This document shows, in pieces, positions 45,301-59,900 of a stretch of DNA of 64,000 bases. A program made the translations under genes and the position numbers. How positions within the stretch are numbered: the stretch's first letter is position 1; each line of letters starts with the position of its first letter. This stretch comes from Eledone cirrhosa. Its lineage: Eukaryota. Location of the stretch: the NCBI GenBank assembly GCA_964016885.1, contig OZ024744.1:109554001-109618000 (forward strand), in the 5' to 3' direction. The notes below the pieces were generated by a model that did no database searches, was not told where the DNA came from, and saw nothing but the letters and a program-made list of their open reading frames with translations.

Positions 45301-48300
45301 ACAGGGAACTAGAGAAATAATATCAGACTGAACCAATACAGGGAACTAGAGAAATAATATCAGACTGAACCAATAGAGGGAACTTGAGAAATAATATCAG
45401 ACTGAACCAATACAGGGAACTAGAGAAATAATATCAGACTGAACCAATACAGGGAACTAGAGAAATAATATCAGACTGAACCAATACAGGGAACTAGAGA
45501 AATAATATCAGACTGAACCAATACAGGGAACTAGAGAAATAATATCAGACTGAACCAATAGAGGGAACTAGAGAAATAATATCAGGCTGAGCCAACAGAA
45601 GGAACTAGAGAAATAATATCAGACTGAACCAATACAGGGAACTAGAGAAATAATATCAGACTGAACCAATAGAGGGAACTAGAGAAATAATATCAGACTG
45701 AACCAACAGAGGGAACTAGAGAAATAATATCAGACTGAACCAATACAGGGAACTAGAGAAATAATATCAGACTGAACCAATAAAGGGAACTAGAGAAATA
45801 ATATCAGACTGAACCAATACAGGGAACTAGAGAAATAATATCAGACTGAACCAATAGAGGGAACTAGAGAAATAATATCAGACTGAACCAATACAGGGAA
45901 CTAGAGAAATAATATCAGACTGAACCAATAAAGGGAACTAGAGAAATAATATCAGACTGAACCAATACAGGGAACTAGAGAAATAATATCAGACTGAACC
46001 AACAGAGGGAACTAGAGAAATAATATCAGACTGAACCAATACAGGGAACTAGAGAAATAATATCAGACTGAACCAATAAAGGGAACTAGAGAAATAATAT
46101 CAGACTGAACCAATACAGGGAACTAGAGAAATAATATCAGACTGAACCAATAGAGGGAACTAGAGAAATAATATCAGACTTAACCAATAGAGGGAACTAG
46201 AGAAATAATATCAGACTGAACCAATACAGGGAACTAGAGAAATAATATCAGACTGAACCAATACAGGGAACTAGAGAAATAATATCAGACTGAACCAATA
46301 GAGGGAACTAGAGAAATAATATCAGACTGAACCAATACAGGGAACTAGAGAAATAATATCAGACTGAACCAACAGAGGGAACTAGAGAAATAATATCAGA
46401 CTGAACCAATACAGGGAACTAGAGAAATAATATCAGACTGAACCAATACAGGGAACTAGAGAAATAATATCAGACTGAACCAACAGAGGGAACTAGAGAA
46501 ATAATATCAGACTGAACCAATAGAGGGAACTAGAGAAATTATATCAGACTGAACCAATAGAGGGAACTAGAGAAATAATATCAGACTGAACCAATACAGT
46601 GAACTAGAGAAATAATATCAGACTGAACCAATAGAGGGAACTAGAGAAATAATATCAGACTGAACCAATAGAGGGAACTAGAGAAATAATATCAGACTGA
46701 ACCAATAGAGGGAACTAGAGAAATAATATCAGATTGCACAAATACAGGGAACTAGAGAAATAATATCAGACTGAACCAATAGAGGGAACTAGAGAAATAA
46801 TATCAGACTGAGCCAATAGAGGGAACTAGAGAAATAATATCAGACTGAACCAATACAGGGAACTAGAGAAATGATATCAGACTGCACAAATACAGGGAAC
46901 TAGAGAAATAATATCAGACTGAACCAATACAGGGAACTAGAGAAATAATATCAGACTGAACCAATACAGGGAACTAGAGAAATAATATCAGACTGAACCA
47001 ATACAGGGAACTAGAGAAATAATATCAGACTGAACCAATACAGTGAACTAGAGAAATAATATCAGACTGAACCAATAGAGGGAACTAGAGAAATAATATC
47101 AGACTGAACCAACAGAGGGAACTAGAGAAATAATATCAGACTGAACCAATACAGGGAACTAGAGAAATAATATCAGACTGAACCAATACAGGGAACTAGA
47201 GAAATAATATCAGACTGAACCAATACAGGGAACTAGAGAAATAATATCAGACTGAACCAATACAGGGAACTAGAGAAATAATATCAGACTGAACCAATAC
47301 AGTGAACTAGAGAAATAATATCAGACTGAACCAATAGAGGGAACTAGAGAAATAATATCAGACTGAACCAATACAGGGAACTAGAGAAATAATATCAGAC
47401 TGAACCAACAGAGGGAACTAGAGAAATAATATCAGACTGAACCAATACAGGGAACTAGAGAAATAATATCAGACTGAACCAATACAGGGAACTAGAGAAA
47501 TAATATCAGACTGAACCAACAGAGGGAACTAGAGAAATAATATCAGACTGAACCAATAGAGGGAACTAGAGAAATAATATCAGACTGAACCAATAGAGGG
47601 AACTAGAGAAATAATATCAGACTGAACCAATACAGTGAACTAGAGAAATAATATCAGACTGAACCAATAGAGGGAACTAGAGAAATAATATCAGACTGAA
47701 CCAATAGAGGGAACTAGAGAAATAATATCAGACTGAACCAATAGAGGGAACTAGAGAAATAATATCAGATTGCACAAATACAGGGAACTAGAGAAATAAT
47801 ATCAGACTGAACCAATAGAGGGAACTAGAGAAATAATATCAGACTGAACCAATAGAGGGAACTAGAGAAATAATATCAGACTGAACCAATACAGGGAACT
47901 AGAGAAATGATATCAGACTGCACAAATACAGGGAACTAGAGAAATAATATCAGACTGAACCAATACAGGGAACTAGAGAAATAATATCAGACTGAACCAA
48001 TACAGGGAACTAGAGAAATAATATCAGACTGAACCAATACAGGGAACTAGAGAAATAATATCAGACTGAACCAATACAGGGAACTAGAGAAATAATATCA
48101 GACTGAACCAGTAGAGGGAACTAGAGAAATAATATCAGACTGAACCAATACAGGGAACTAGAGAAATAATATCAGACTGAACCAATACAGGGAACTAGAG
48201 AAATAATATCAGACTGAACAAATACAGGGAACTAGAGAAATAATATCAGACTGAACCAATACAGGGAACTAGAGAAATAATATCACACTGAACCAATACA

Positions 48301-48450
48301 GGGAACTAGAGAAATAATATCAGACTGAACCAATACAGGGAACTAGAGAAATAACATCAGACTGAACCAATACAGGGAACTAGAGAAATAATATCAGACT
48401 GAACAAATACAGGGAACTAGAGAAATAATATCAGACTGAACAAATACAGG
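42330..48450 (+). repeat. 109-monomer (4033-bp) offset duplication: ~42330-44420 vs ~46360-48450; a further copy lies at ~61550-64000
   Basis: GAAATTATATC (variant T at 42507/46540/61727), GATATC 42840/46873/62060 and 43876/47909/63096. Confidence 0.88.
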
Positions 48451-50900
48451 GAACTAGAGAAATAATATCAGACTGAACAAATACAGGGAACTTGAGAAAT
48501 AATATCAGACTGAACCATATTGAACTAGAGAAATAATATCAGACTGAACCAACATTGAACTAGAGAAATAATATCAAACTGAACAAATACAGGGAACTAG
48601 AGAAATAATATCAGACTGAACCAATACAGGGAACTAGAGAAATAATATCAGACTGAACCAATACAGGGAACTAGAGAAATAATATCAGACTGAACCAATA
48701 CAGGGAACTAGAGAAATAATATCAGACTGAACAAATACAGGGAACTTGAGAAATAATATCAGACTGAACCAATAGAGGGAACTAGAGAAATAATATCAGA
48801 CTGAACCAATAGAGGGAACTAGAGAAATAATATCAGATTGCACAAATACAGGGAACTAGAGAAATAATATCAGACTGAACCAATAGAGGGAACTAGAGAA
48901 ATAATATCAGACTGAGCCAATAGAGGGAACTAGAGAAATAATATCAGACTGAACCAATACAGGGAACTAGAGAAATGATATCAGACTGCACAAATACAGG
49001 GAACTAGAGAAATAATATCAGACTGAACCAATACAGGGAACTAGAGAAATAATATCAGACTGAACCAATACAGGGAACTAGAGAAATAATATCAGACTGA
49101 ACCAATACAGGGAACTAGAGAAATAATATCAGACTGAACCAATACAGTGAACTAGAGAAATAATATCAGACTGAACCAATAGAGGGAACTAGAGAAATAA
49201 TATATGACTGAACCAACAGAGGGAACTAGAGAAATAATATCAGACTGAACCAATACAGGGAACTAGAGAAATAATATCAGACTGAACCAATACAGGGAAC
49301 TAGAGAAATAATATCAGACTGAACCAATACAGGGAACTAGAGAAATAATATCAGACTGAACCAATACAGGGAACTAGAGAAATAATATCAGACTGAACCA
49401 ATACAGTGAACTAGAGAAATAATATCAGACTGAACCAATAGAGGGAACTAGAGAAATAATATCAGACTGAACCAATACAGGGAACTAGAGAAATAATATC
49501 AGACTGAACCAACAGAGGGAACTAGAGAAATAATATCAGACTGAACCAATACAGGGAACTAGAGAAATAATATCAGACTGAACCAATACAGGGAACTAGA
49601 GAAATAATATCAGACTGAACCAACAGAGGGAACTAGAGAAATAATATCAGACTGAACCAATAGAGGGAACTAGAGAAATAATATCAGACTGAACCAATAG
49701 AGGGAACTAGAGAAATAATATCAGACTGAACCAATACAGTGAACTAGAGAAATAATATCAGACTGAACCAATAGAGGGAACTAGAGAAATAATATCAGAC
49801 TGAACCAATAGAGGGAACTAGAGAAATAATATCAGACTGAACCAATAGAGGGAACTAGAGAAATAATATCAGATTGCACAAATACAGGGAACTAGAGAAA
49901 TAATATCAGACTGAACCAATAGAGGGAACTAGAGAAATAATATCAGACTGAACCAATAGAGGGAACTAGAGAAATAATATCAGACTGAACCAATACAGGG
50001 AACTAGAGAAATGATATCAGACTGCACAAATACAGGGAACTAGAGAAATAATATCAGACTGAACCAATACAGGGAACTAGAGAAATAATATCAGACTGAA
50101 CCAATACAGGGAACTAGAGAAATAATATCAGACTGAACCAATACAGGGAACTAGAGAAATAATATCAGACTGAACCAATACAGGGAACTAGAGAAATAAT
50201 ATCAGACTGAACCAGTAGAGGGAACTAGAGAAATAATATCAGACTGAACCAATACAGGGAACTAGAGAAATAATATCAGACTGAACCAATACAGGGAACT
50301 AGAGAAATAATATCAGACTGAACAAATACAGGGAACTAGAGAAATAATATCAGACTGAACCAATACAGGGAACTAGAGAAATAATATCACACTGAACCAA
50401 TACAGGGAACTAGAGAAATAATATCAGACTGAACCAATACAGGGAACTAGAGAAATAACATCAGACTGAACCAATACAGGGAACTAGAGAAATAATATCA
50501 GACTGAACAAATACAGGGAACTAGAGAAATAATATCAGACTGAACAAATACAGGGAACTAGAGAAATAATATCAGACTGAACAAATACAGGGAACTTGAG
50601 AAATAATATCAGACTGAACCATATTGAACTAGAGAAATAATATCAGACTGAACCAACATTGAACTAGAGAAATAATATCAAACTGAACAAATACAGGGAA
50701 CTAGAGAAATAATATCAGACTGAACCAATACAGGGAACTAGAGAAATAATATCAGACTGAACCAATACAGGGAACTAGAGAAATAATATCAGACTGAACC
50801 AATACAGGGAACTAGAGAAATAATATCAGACTGAACAAATACAGGGAACTTGAGAAATAATATCAGACTGAACCAATAGAGGGAACTAGAGAAATAATAT
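46670..50900 (+). repeat. 57-monomer (2104-bp) direct tandem duplication: ~46670-48770 vs ~48770-50900
   Basis: GAGCCAATAG (G at 46812/48916), GATATC 46873/48977 and 47909/50013, and doublet 48517/50621 all differ by 2104 (57x37-5). Confidence 0.9.
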
Positions 50901-53900
50901 CAGACTGAACCAATAGAGGGAACTAGAGAAATAATATCAGACTGAACCAATACAGGGAACTAGAGAAATAATATCAGACTGAACCAATACAGGGAACTAG
51001 AGAAATAATATCAGACTGAACCAATACAGGGAACTAGAGAAATAATATCAGACTGAACCAATAGAGGGAACTAGAGAAATAATATCAGACTGAACCAATA
51101 CAGGGAACTAGAGAAATAATATCACACTGAACCAATACAGGGAACTTGAGAAATAATATCAGACTGAACCAATACAGGGAACTAGAGAAATAATATCAGA
51201 CTGAACCAATAGAGGGGACTAGAGAAATAATATCAGACTGAACCAACAGAGGGAACTAGAGAAATAATATCAGACTGAACCAATACAGGGAACTAGAGAA
51301 ATAATATCAGACTGAACCAATACAGGGAACTAGAGAAATAATATCAGACTGAACCAATACAGGGAACTAGAGATAGAATATCAGACTGAACCAATAGAGG
51401 GAACTAGAGAAATAATATCAGACTGAACCAATAGAGGGAACTAGAGAAATAATATCAGACTGAACCAATAGAGGGAACTAGAGAAATAATATCAGACTGA
51501 ACCAATACAGGGAACTAGAGAAATAATATCAGACTGAACCAATAAAGGGAACTAGAGAAATAATATCAGACTGAACCAATACAGGGAACTAGAGAAATAA
51601 TATCAGACTGAACCAATACAGGGAACTAGAGAAATAATATCAGACTGAACCAATACAGGGAACTAGAGAAATAATATCAGACTGAACCAATACAGGGAAC
51701 TAGAGAAATAATATCAGACTGAACCAATACAGGGAACTAGAGAAATAATATCAGACTGAACCAATAGAGGGAACTAGAGAAATAATATCAGACTGAACCA
51801 ATACAGGGAACTAGAGAAATAATATCACACTGAACCAATACAGGGAACTTGAGAAATAATATCAGACTGAACCAATACAGGGAACTAGAGAAATAATATC
51901 AGACTGAACCAATAGAGGGGACTAGAGAAATAATATCAGACTGAACCAACAGAGGGAACTAGAGAAATAATATCAGACTGAACCAATACAGGGAACTAGA
52001 GAAATAATATCAGGCTGAACCAATACAGGGAACTAGAGAAATAATATCAGACTGAACCAATACAGGGAACTAGAGAAATAATATCAGACTGAACCAATAC
52101 AGGGAACTAGAGAAATAATATCAGACTGAACCAATAGAGGGAACTAGAGAAATAATATCAGGCTGAACCAACAGAGGGAACTAGAGAAATAATATCAGAC
52201 TAAACCAATACAGGGAACTAGAGAAATAATATCAGACTGAACCAATACAGGGAACTAGAGAAATAATATCAGACTGAACCAATAGAGGGAACTAGAGAAA
52301 TAATATCAGGCTGAACCAACAGAGGGAACTAGAGAAATAATATCAGACTGAACCAATACAGGGAACTAGTGAAATAATATCAGACTGAACCAATACAGGG
52401 AACTAGTGAAATAATATCAGACTGAACCAATAGAGGGAACTAGAGAAATAATATCAGACTGAACCAACAGAGGGAACTAGAGAAATAATATCAGACTGAA
52501 CCAATACAGGGAACTAGAGAAATAATATCAAACTGAACCAATAGAGGGAACTAGAGAAATAATATCAGACTGAACCAATAGAGGGAACTAGAGAAATAAT
52601 ATCAGACTGAACCAATACAGGGAACTAGAGAAATAATATCAGACTGAACCAATACAGGGAACTAGAGAAATAATATCAGACTGAACCAATACAGGGAACT
52701 AGAGAAATAATATCAGACTGAACCAATACAGGGAACTAGAGAAATAATATCAGACTGAACCAATACAGGGAACTAGAGAATTAATATCAGACTGAACCAA
52801 TACAGGGAACTAGAGAAATAATATCAGACTGAACAAATAGAGGGAACTAGAGAAATAATATCAGACTGAACCAATACAAGGAACTAGAGAAATAATATCA
52901 GACTGAACCAATACAGGGAACTAGAGAAATAATATCAGACTGAACAAATAGAGGGAACTAGAGAAATAATATCAGACTGAACCAATACAGGGAACTAGAG
53001 AAATAATATCAGACTGAACCAATACAGGGAACTAGAGAAATAATATCAGACTGAACCAATATAGGGAACTAGAGAAATAATATCAGACTGAACCAATACA
53101 GGGAACTAGAGAAATAATATCAGACTGAACCAATACAAGGAACTAGAGAAATAATATCAGTCTGAATCAATACAGGGAACTAGAGAAATAATATCAGACT
53201 GAACCAATAGAGGGAACTAGAGAAATAATATCAGACTGAACCAATATAGGGAACTAGAGAAATAATATTAGACTGAACCAATAGAGGGAACTAGAGAAAT
53301 AATATCAGACTGAACCAATAGAGGGAACCAGAGAAATAATATCAGACTGAACCAATAGAGGGAACTAGAGAAATAATATCAGACTGAACCAATAGAGGGA
53401 ACTAGAGAAATAATATCAGACTGAACCAATATAGGGAACTAGAGAAATAATATTAGACTGAACCAATACAGGGAACTAGAGAAATAATATCAGACTGAAC
53501 CACTAGAGGGAACTTGAGAAATAATATCAGACTGAACCAATACAGGGAACTAGAGAAATAATATCAGACTGAACCAATAGAGGGAACTAGAGAAATAATA
53601 TCAGACTGAACCAATACAGGGAACTAGAGAAATAATATCAGACTGAACCAATACAAGGAACTAGAGAAATAATATCAGACTGAACCAATAGAGGGAACTA
53701 GAGAAATAATATCAGACTGAACCAATAGAGGGAACTAGAGAAATAATATCAGACTGAACCAATACAGGGAACTAGAGAAATAATATCACACTGAACCAAT
53801 ACAGGGAACTTGAGAAATAATATCAGACTGAACCAATACTGGGAACTAGAGAAATAATATCAGACTGAACCAATACAGGGAACTAGAGAAATAATATCAG

Positions 53901-56900
53901 ACTGAACCAATACAGGGAACTAGAGAAATAATATCAGACTGAACCAATAGAGGGAACTAGAGAAATAATATCAGACTGAACCAATACAGGGAACTAGAGA
54001 AATAATATCACACTGAACCAATACAGGGAACTTGAGAAATAATATCAGACTGAACCAATACAGGGAACTAGAGAAATAATATCAGACTGAACCAATAGAG
54101 GGGACTAGAGAAATAATATCAGACTGAACCAACAGAGGGAACTAGAGAAATAATATCAGACTGAACCAATACAGGGAACTAGAGAAATAATATCAGACTG
54201 AACCAATAGAGGGAACTAGAGAAATAATATCAGGCTGAACCAACAGAGGGAACTAGAGAAATAATATCAGACTGAACCAATAGAGGGAACTAGAGAAATA
54301 ATATCAGACTGAACCAATACAGGGAACTAGAGAAATAATATCAGACTGAACCAATACAGGGAACTAGAGAAATAATATCAGACTGAACCAATACAGGGAA
54401 CTTGAGAAATAATATCAGACTGAACCAATACAGGGAACTTGAGAAATAATATCAGACTGAACCAACAGAGGGAACTAGAGAAATAATATCAGACTGAACC
54501 AATACAGGGAACTAGAGAAATAATATCAGACTGAACCAATACAGGGAACTAGAGAAATAATATCACACTGAACCAATACAGGGAACTAGAGAAATAATAT
54601 CAGACTGAACCAATACAGGGAACTAGAGAAATAATATCAGACTGAACCAATACAGGGAACTAGAGAAATAATATCAGACTGAACCAATACAGGGAACTAG
54701 AGAAATAATATCAGACTGAACCAGTAGAGGGAACTAGAGAAATAATATCAGACTGAACCAATAGAGGGAACTAGAGAAATAATATCAGACTGAACCAATA
54801 CAGGGAACTAGAGAAATAATATCAGACTGAACAAATACAGGGAACTAGAGAAATAATATCAGACTGAACCAATACAGGGAACTAGAGAAATAATATCACA
54901 CTGAACCAATACAGGGAACTAGAGAAATAATATCAGACTGAACCAATACAGGGAACTAGAGAAATAATATCAGACTGAACAAATACAGGGAACTAGAGAA
55001 ATAATATCAGACTGAACAAATACAGGGAACTTGAGAAATAATATCAGACTGAACCATATTGAACTAGAGAAATAATATCTGACTGAACCAACATTGAACT
55101 AGAGAAATAATATCAGACTGAACAAATACAGGGAACTAGAGAAATAATATCAGACTGAACCAATACAGGGAACTAGAGAAATATTATCAGACTGAACCAA
55201 TACAGGGAACTAGAGAAATAATTTCAGACTGAACCAATAGAGGGGACTAGAGAAATAATATCAGACTGAACCAATACAGGGAACTAGAGAAAAAATATCA
55301 GACTGAACCAATACAGGGAACTAGAGAAATAATATCAGACTGAACAAATACAGGGAACTAGAGAAATAATATCAGACTGAACCAATACAGGGAACTATAG
55401 AAATAATATCAGACTGAACCAATACAGGGAACTAGAGAAATAATATCAGACTGAACCAATACAGGGAACTAGAGAAATAATATCAGACTGAACCAATACA
55501 GGGAACTAGAGAAATAATATCAGACTGAACAAATACAGGGAACTAGAGAAATAATATCAGACTGAACCAATACAGGGAACTAGAGAAATAATATCAGACT
55601 GAACCAATACAAGGAACTAGAGAAATAATATCAGACTGAACCAATACAGGGAACTAGAGAAATAATATCAGACTGAACCAATACAGGGAACTAGAGAAAT
55701 AATATCAGACTGAACCAATACAGGGAACTAGAGAAATAATATCAGACTGAACCAATACAGGGAACTAGAGAAATAATATCAGACTGAACCAATAGAGGGA
55801 ACTAGAGAAATAATATCAGGCTGAACCAACAGAAGGAACTAGAGAAATAATATCAGACTGAACCAATACAGGGAACTAGAGAAATAATATCAGACTGAAC
55901 CAATAGAGGGAACTAGAGAAATAATATCAGACTGAACCAACAGAGGGAACTAGAGAAATAATATCAGACTGAACCAATACAGGGAACTAGAGAAATAATA
56001 TCAGACTGAACCAATACAGGGAACTAGAGAAATAATATCAGACTGAACCAATACAGGGAACTAGAGAAATAATATCAGACTGAACCAATACAGGGAACTA
56101 GAGAAATAATATCAGACTGAACAAATACAGGGAACTAGAGAAATAATATCAGACTGAACCAATACAAGGAACTAGAGAAATAATATCAGACTGAACCAAT
56201 AGAGGGAACTAGAGAAATAATATCAGGCTGAACCAACAGAGGGAACTAGAGAAATAATATCAGACTGAACCAATACAGGGAACTAGAGAAATAATATCAG
56301 ACTGAACCAATAGAGGGAACTAGAGAAATAATATCAGACTGAACCAATAGAGGGAACTAGAGAAATAATATCAGACTGAACCAATACAGGGAACTAGAGA
56401 AATAATATCAGACTGAACCAATACAGGGAACTAGAGAAATAATATCAGACTGAACCAATAGAGGGAACTAGAGAAATAATATCAGACTGAACCAATACAG
56501 GGAACTAGAGAAATAATATCAGACTGAACCAACAGAGGGAACTAGAGAAATAATATCAGACTGAACCAATACAGGGAACTAGAGAAATAATATCAGACTG
56601 AACCAATACAGGGAACTAGAGAAATAATATCAGACTGAACCAACAGAGGGAACTAGAGAAATAATATCAGACTGAACCAATAGAGGGAACTAGAGAAATA
56701 ATATCAGACTGAACCAATAGAGGGAACTAGAGAAATAATATCAGACTGAACCAATACAGTGAACTAGAGAAATAATATCAGACTGAACCAATAGAGGGAA
56801 CTAGAGAAATAATATCAGACTGAACCAATAGAGGGAACTAGAGAAATAATATCAGACTGAACCAATAGAGGGAACTAGAGAAATAATATCAGATTGCACA

Positions 56901-59900
56901 AATACAGGGAACTAGAGAAATAATATCAGACTGAACCAATAGAGGGAACTAGAGAAATAATATCAGACTGAACCAATAGAGGGAACTAGAGAAATAATAT
57001 CAGACTGAACCAATACAGGGAACTAGAGAAATGATATCAGACTGCACAAATACAGGGAACTAGAGAAATAATATCAGACTGAACCAATACAGGGAACTAG
57101 AGAAATAATATCAGACTGAACCAATACAGGGAACTAGAGAAATAATATCAGACTGAACCAATACAGGGAACTAGAGAAATAATATCAGACTGAACCAATA
57201 CAGTGAACTAGAGAAATAATATCAGACTGAACCAATAGAGGGAACTAGAGAAATAATATCAGACTGAACCAACAGAGGGAACTAGAGAAATAATATCAGA
57301 CTGAACCAATACAGGGAACTAGAGAAATAATATCAGACTGAACCAATACAGGGAACTAGAGAAATAATATCAGACTGAACCAACAGAGGGAACTAGAGAA
57401 ATAATATCAGACTGAACCAATACAGGGAACTAGAGAAATAATATCAGACTGAACCAATAGAGGGAACTAGAGAAATAATATCAGACTGAACCAACAGAGG
57501 GAACTAGAGAAATAATATCAGACTGAACCAATACAGGGAACTAGAGAAATAATATCAGACTGAACCAATACAGGGAACTAGAGAAATAATATCAGACTGA
57601 ACAAATACAGGGAACTAGAGAAATAATATCAGACTGAACCAATACAGGGAACTAGAGAAATAATATCAGACTGAACCAATACAAGGAACTAGAGAAATAA
57701 TATCAGACTGAACCAATACAGGGAACTAGAGAAATAATATCAGACTGAACCAATACAGGGAACTAGAGAAATAATATCAGACTGAACCAATACAGGGAAC
57801 TAGAGAAATAATATCAGACTGAACTAATACAGGGAACTAGAGAAATAATATCAGACTGAACCAATAGAGGGAACTAGAGAAATAATATCAGGCTGAACCA
57901 ACAGAAGGAACTAGAGAAATAATATCAGACTGAACCAATACAGGGAACTAGAGAAATAATATCAGACTGAACCAATAGAGGGAACTAGAGAAATAATATC
58001 AGACTGAACCAACAGAGGGAACTAGAGAAATAATATCAGACTGAACCAATACAGGGAACTAGAGAAATAATATCAGACTGAACCAATACAGGGAACTAGA
58101 GAAATAATATCAGACTGAACCAATAGAGGGAACTAGAGAAATAATATCAGACTGAACCAATACAGGGAACTAGAGAAATAATATCAGACTGAACCAATAC
58201 TGGGAACTAGAGAAATAATATCAGACTGAACCAATAGAGGGAACTAGAGAAATAACATCAGACTGAACCAATACAGGGAACTAGAGAAATAATATCAGAC
58301 TGAACCAACAGAGGGAACTAGAGAAATAATATCAGACTGAACCAATACAGGGAACTAGAGAAATAATATCAGACTGAACCAATACAGGGAACTAGAGAAA
58401 TAATATCAGACTGAACCAACAGAGGGAACTAGAGAAATAATATCAGACTGAACCAATAGAGGGAACTAGAGAAATAATATCAGACTGAACCAATAGAGGG
58501 AACTAGAGAAATAATATCAGACTGAACCAATACAGTGAACTAGAGAAATAATATCAGACTGAACCAATAGAGGGAACTAGAGAAATAATATCAGACTGAA
58601 CCAATAGAGGGAACTAGAGAAATAATATCAGACTGAACCAATAGAGGGAACTAGAGAAATAATATCAGATTGCACAAATACAGGGAACTAGAGAAATAAT
58701 ATCAGACTGAACCAATAGAGGGAACTAGAGAAATAATATCAGACTGAACCAATAGAGGGAACTAGAGAAATAATATCAGACTGAACCAATACAGGGAACT
58801 AGAGAAATGATATCAGACTGCACAAATACAGGGAACTAGAGAAATAATATCAGACTGAACCAATACAGGGAACTAGAGAAATAATATCAGACTGAACCAA
58901 TACAGGGAACTAGAGAAATAATATCAGACTGAACCAATACAGGGAACTAGAGAAATAATATCAGACTGAACCAATACAGTGAACTAGAGAAATAATATCA
59001 GACTGAACCAATAGAGGGAACTAGAGAAATAATATCAGACTGAACCAACAGAGGGAACTAGAGAAATAATATCAGACTGAACCAATACAGGGAACTAGAG
59101 AAATAATATCAGACTGAACCAATACAGGGAACTAGAGAAATAATATCAGACTGAACCAATACAGTGAACTAGAGAAATAATATCAGACTGAACCAATAGA
59201 GGGAACTAGAGAAATAATATCAGACTGAACCAATACAGGGAACTAGAGAAATAATATCAGACTGAACCAACAGAGGGAACTAGAGAAATAATATCAGACT
59301 GAACCAATACAGGGAACTAGAGAAATAATATCAGACTGAACCAATACAGGGAACTAGAGAAATAATATCAGACTGAACCAACAGAGGGAACTAGAGAAAT
59401 AATATCAGACTGAACCAATAGAGGGAACTAGAGAAGTAATATCAGACTGAACCAATAGAGGGAACTAGAGAAATAATATCAGACTGAACCAATACAGTGA
59501 ACTAGAGAAATAATATCAGACTGAACCAATAGAGGGAACTAGAGAAATAATATCAGACTGAACCAATAGAGGGAACTAGAGAAATAATATCAGACTGAAC
59601 GAATAGAGGGAACTAGAGAAATAATATCAGATTGCACAAATACAGGGAACTAGAGAAATAATATCAGACTGAACCAATAGAGGGAACTAGAGAAATAATA
59701 TCAGGCTGAACCAACAGAGGGAACTAGAGAAATAATATCAGACTGAACCAATAGAGGGAACTAGAGAAATAATATAAGACTGAACCAATACAGGGAACTA
59801 GAGAAATAATATCAGACTGAACCAATACAGGGAACTAGAGAAATAATATCAGACTGAACCAATACAGGGAACTTGAGAAATAATATCAGACTGAACCAAT

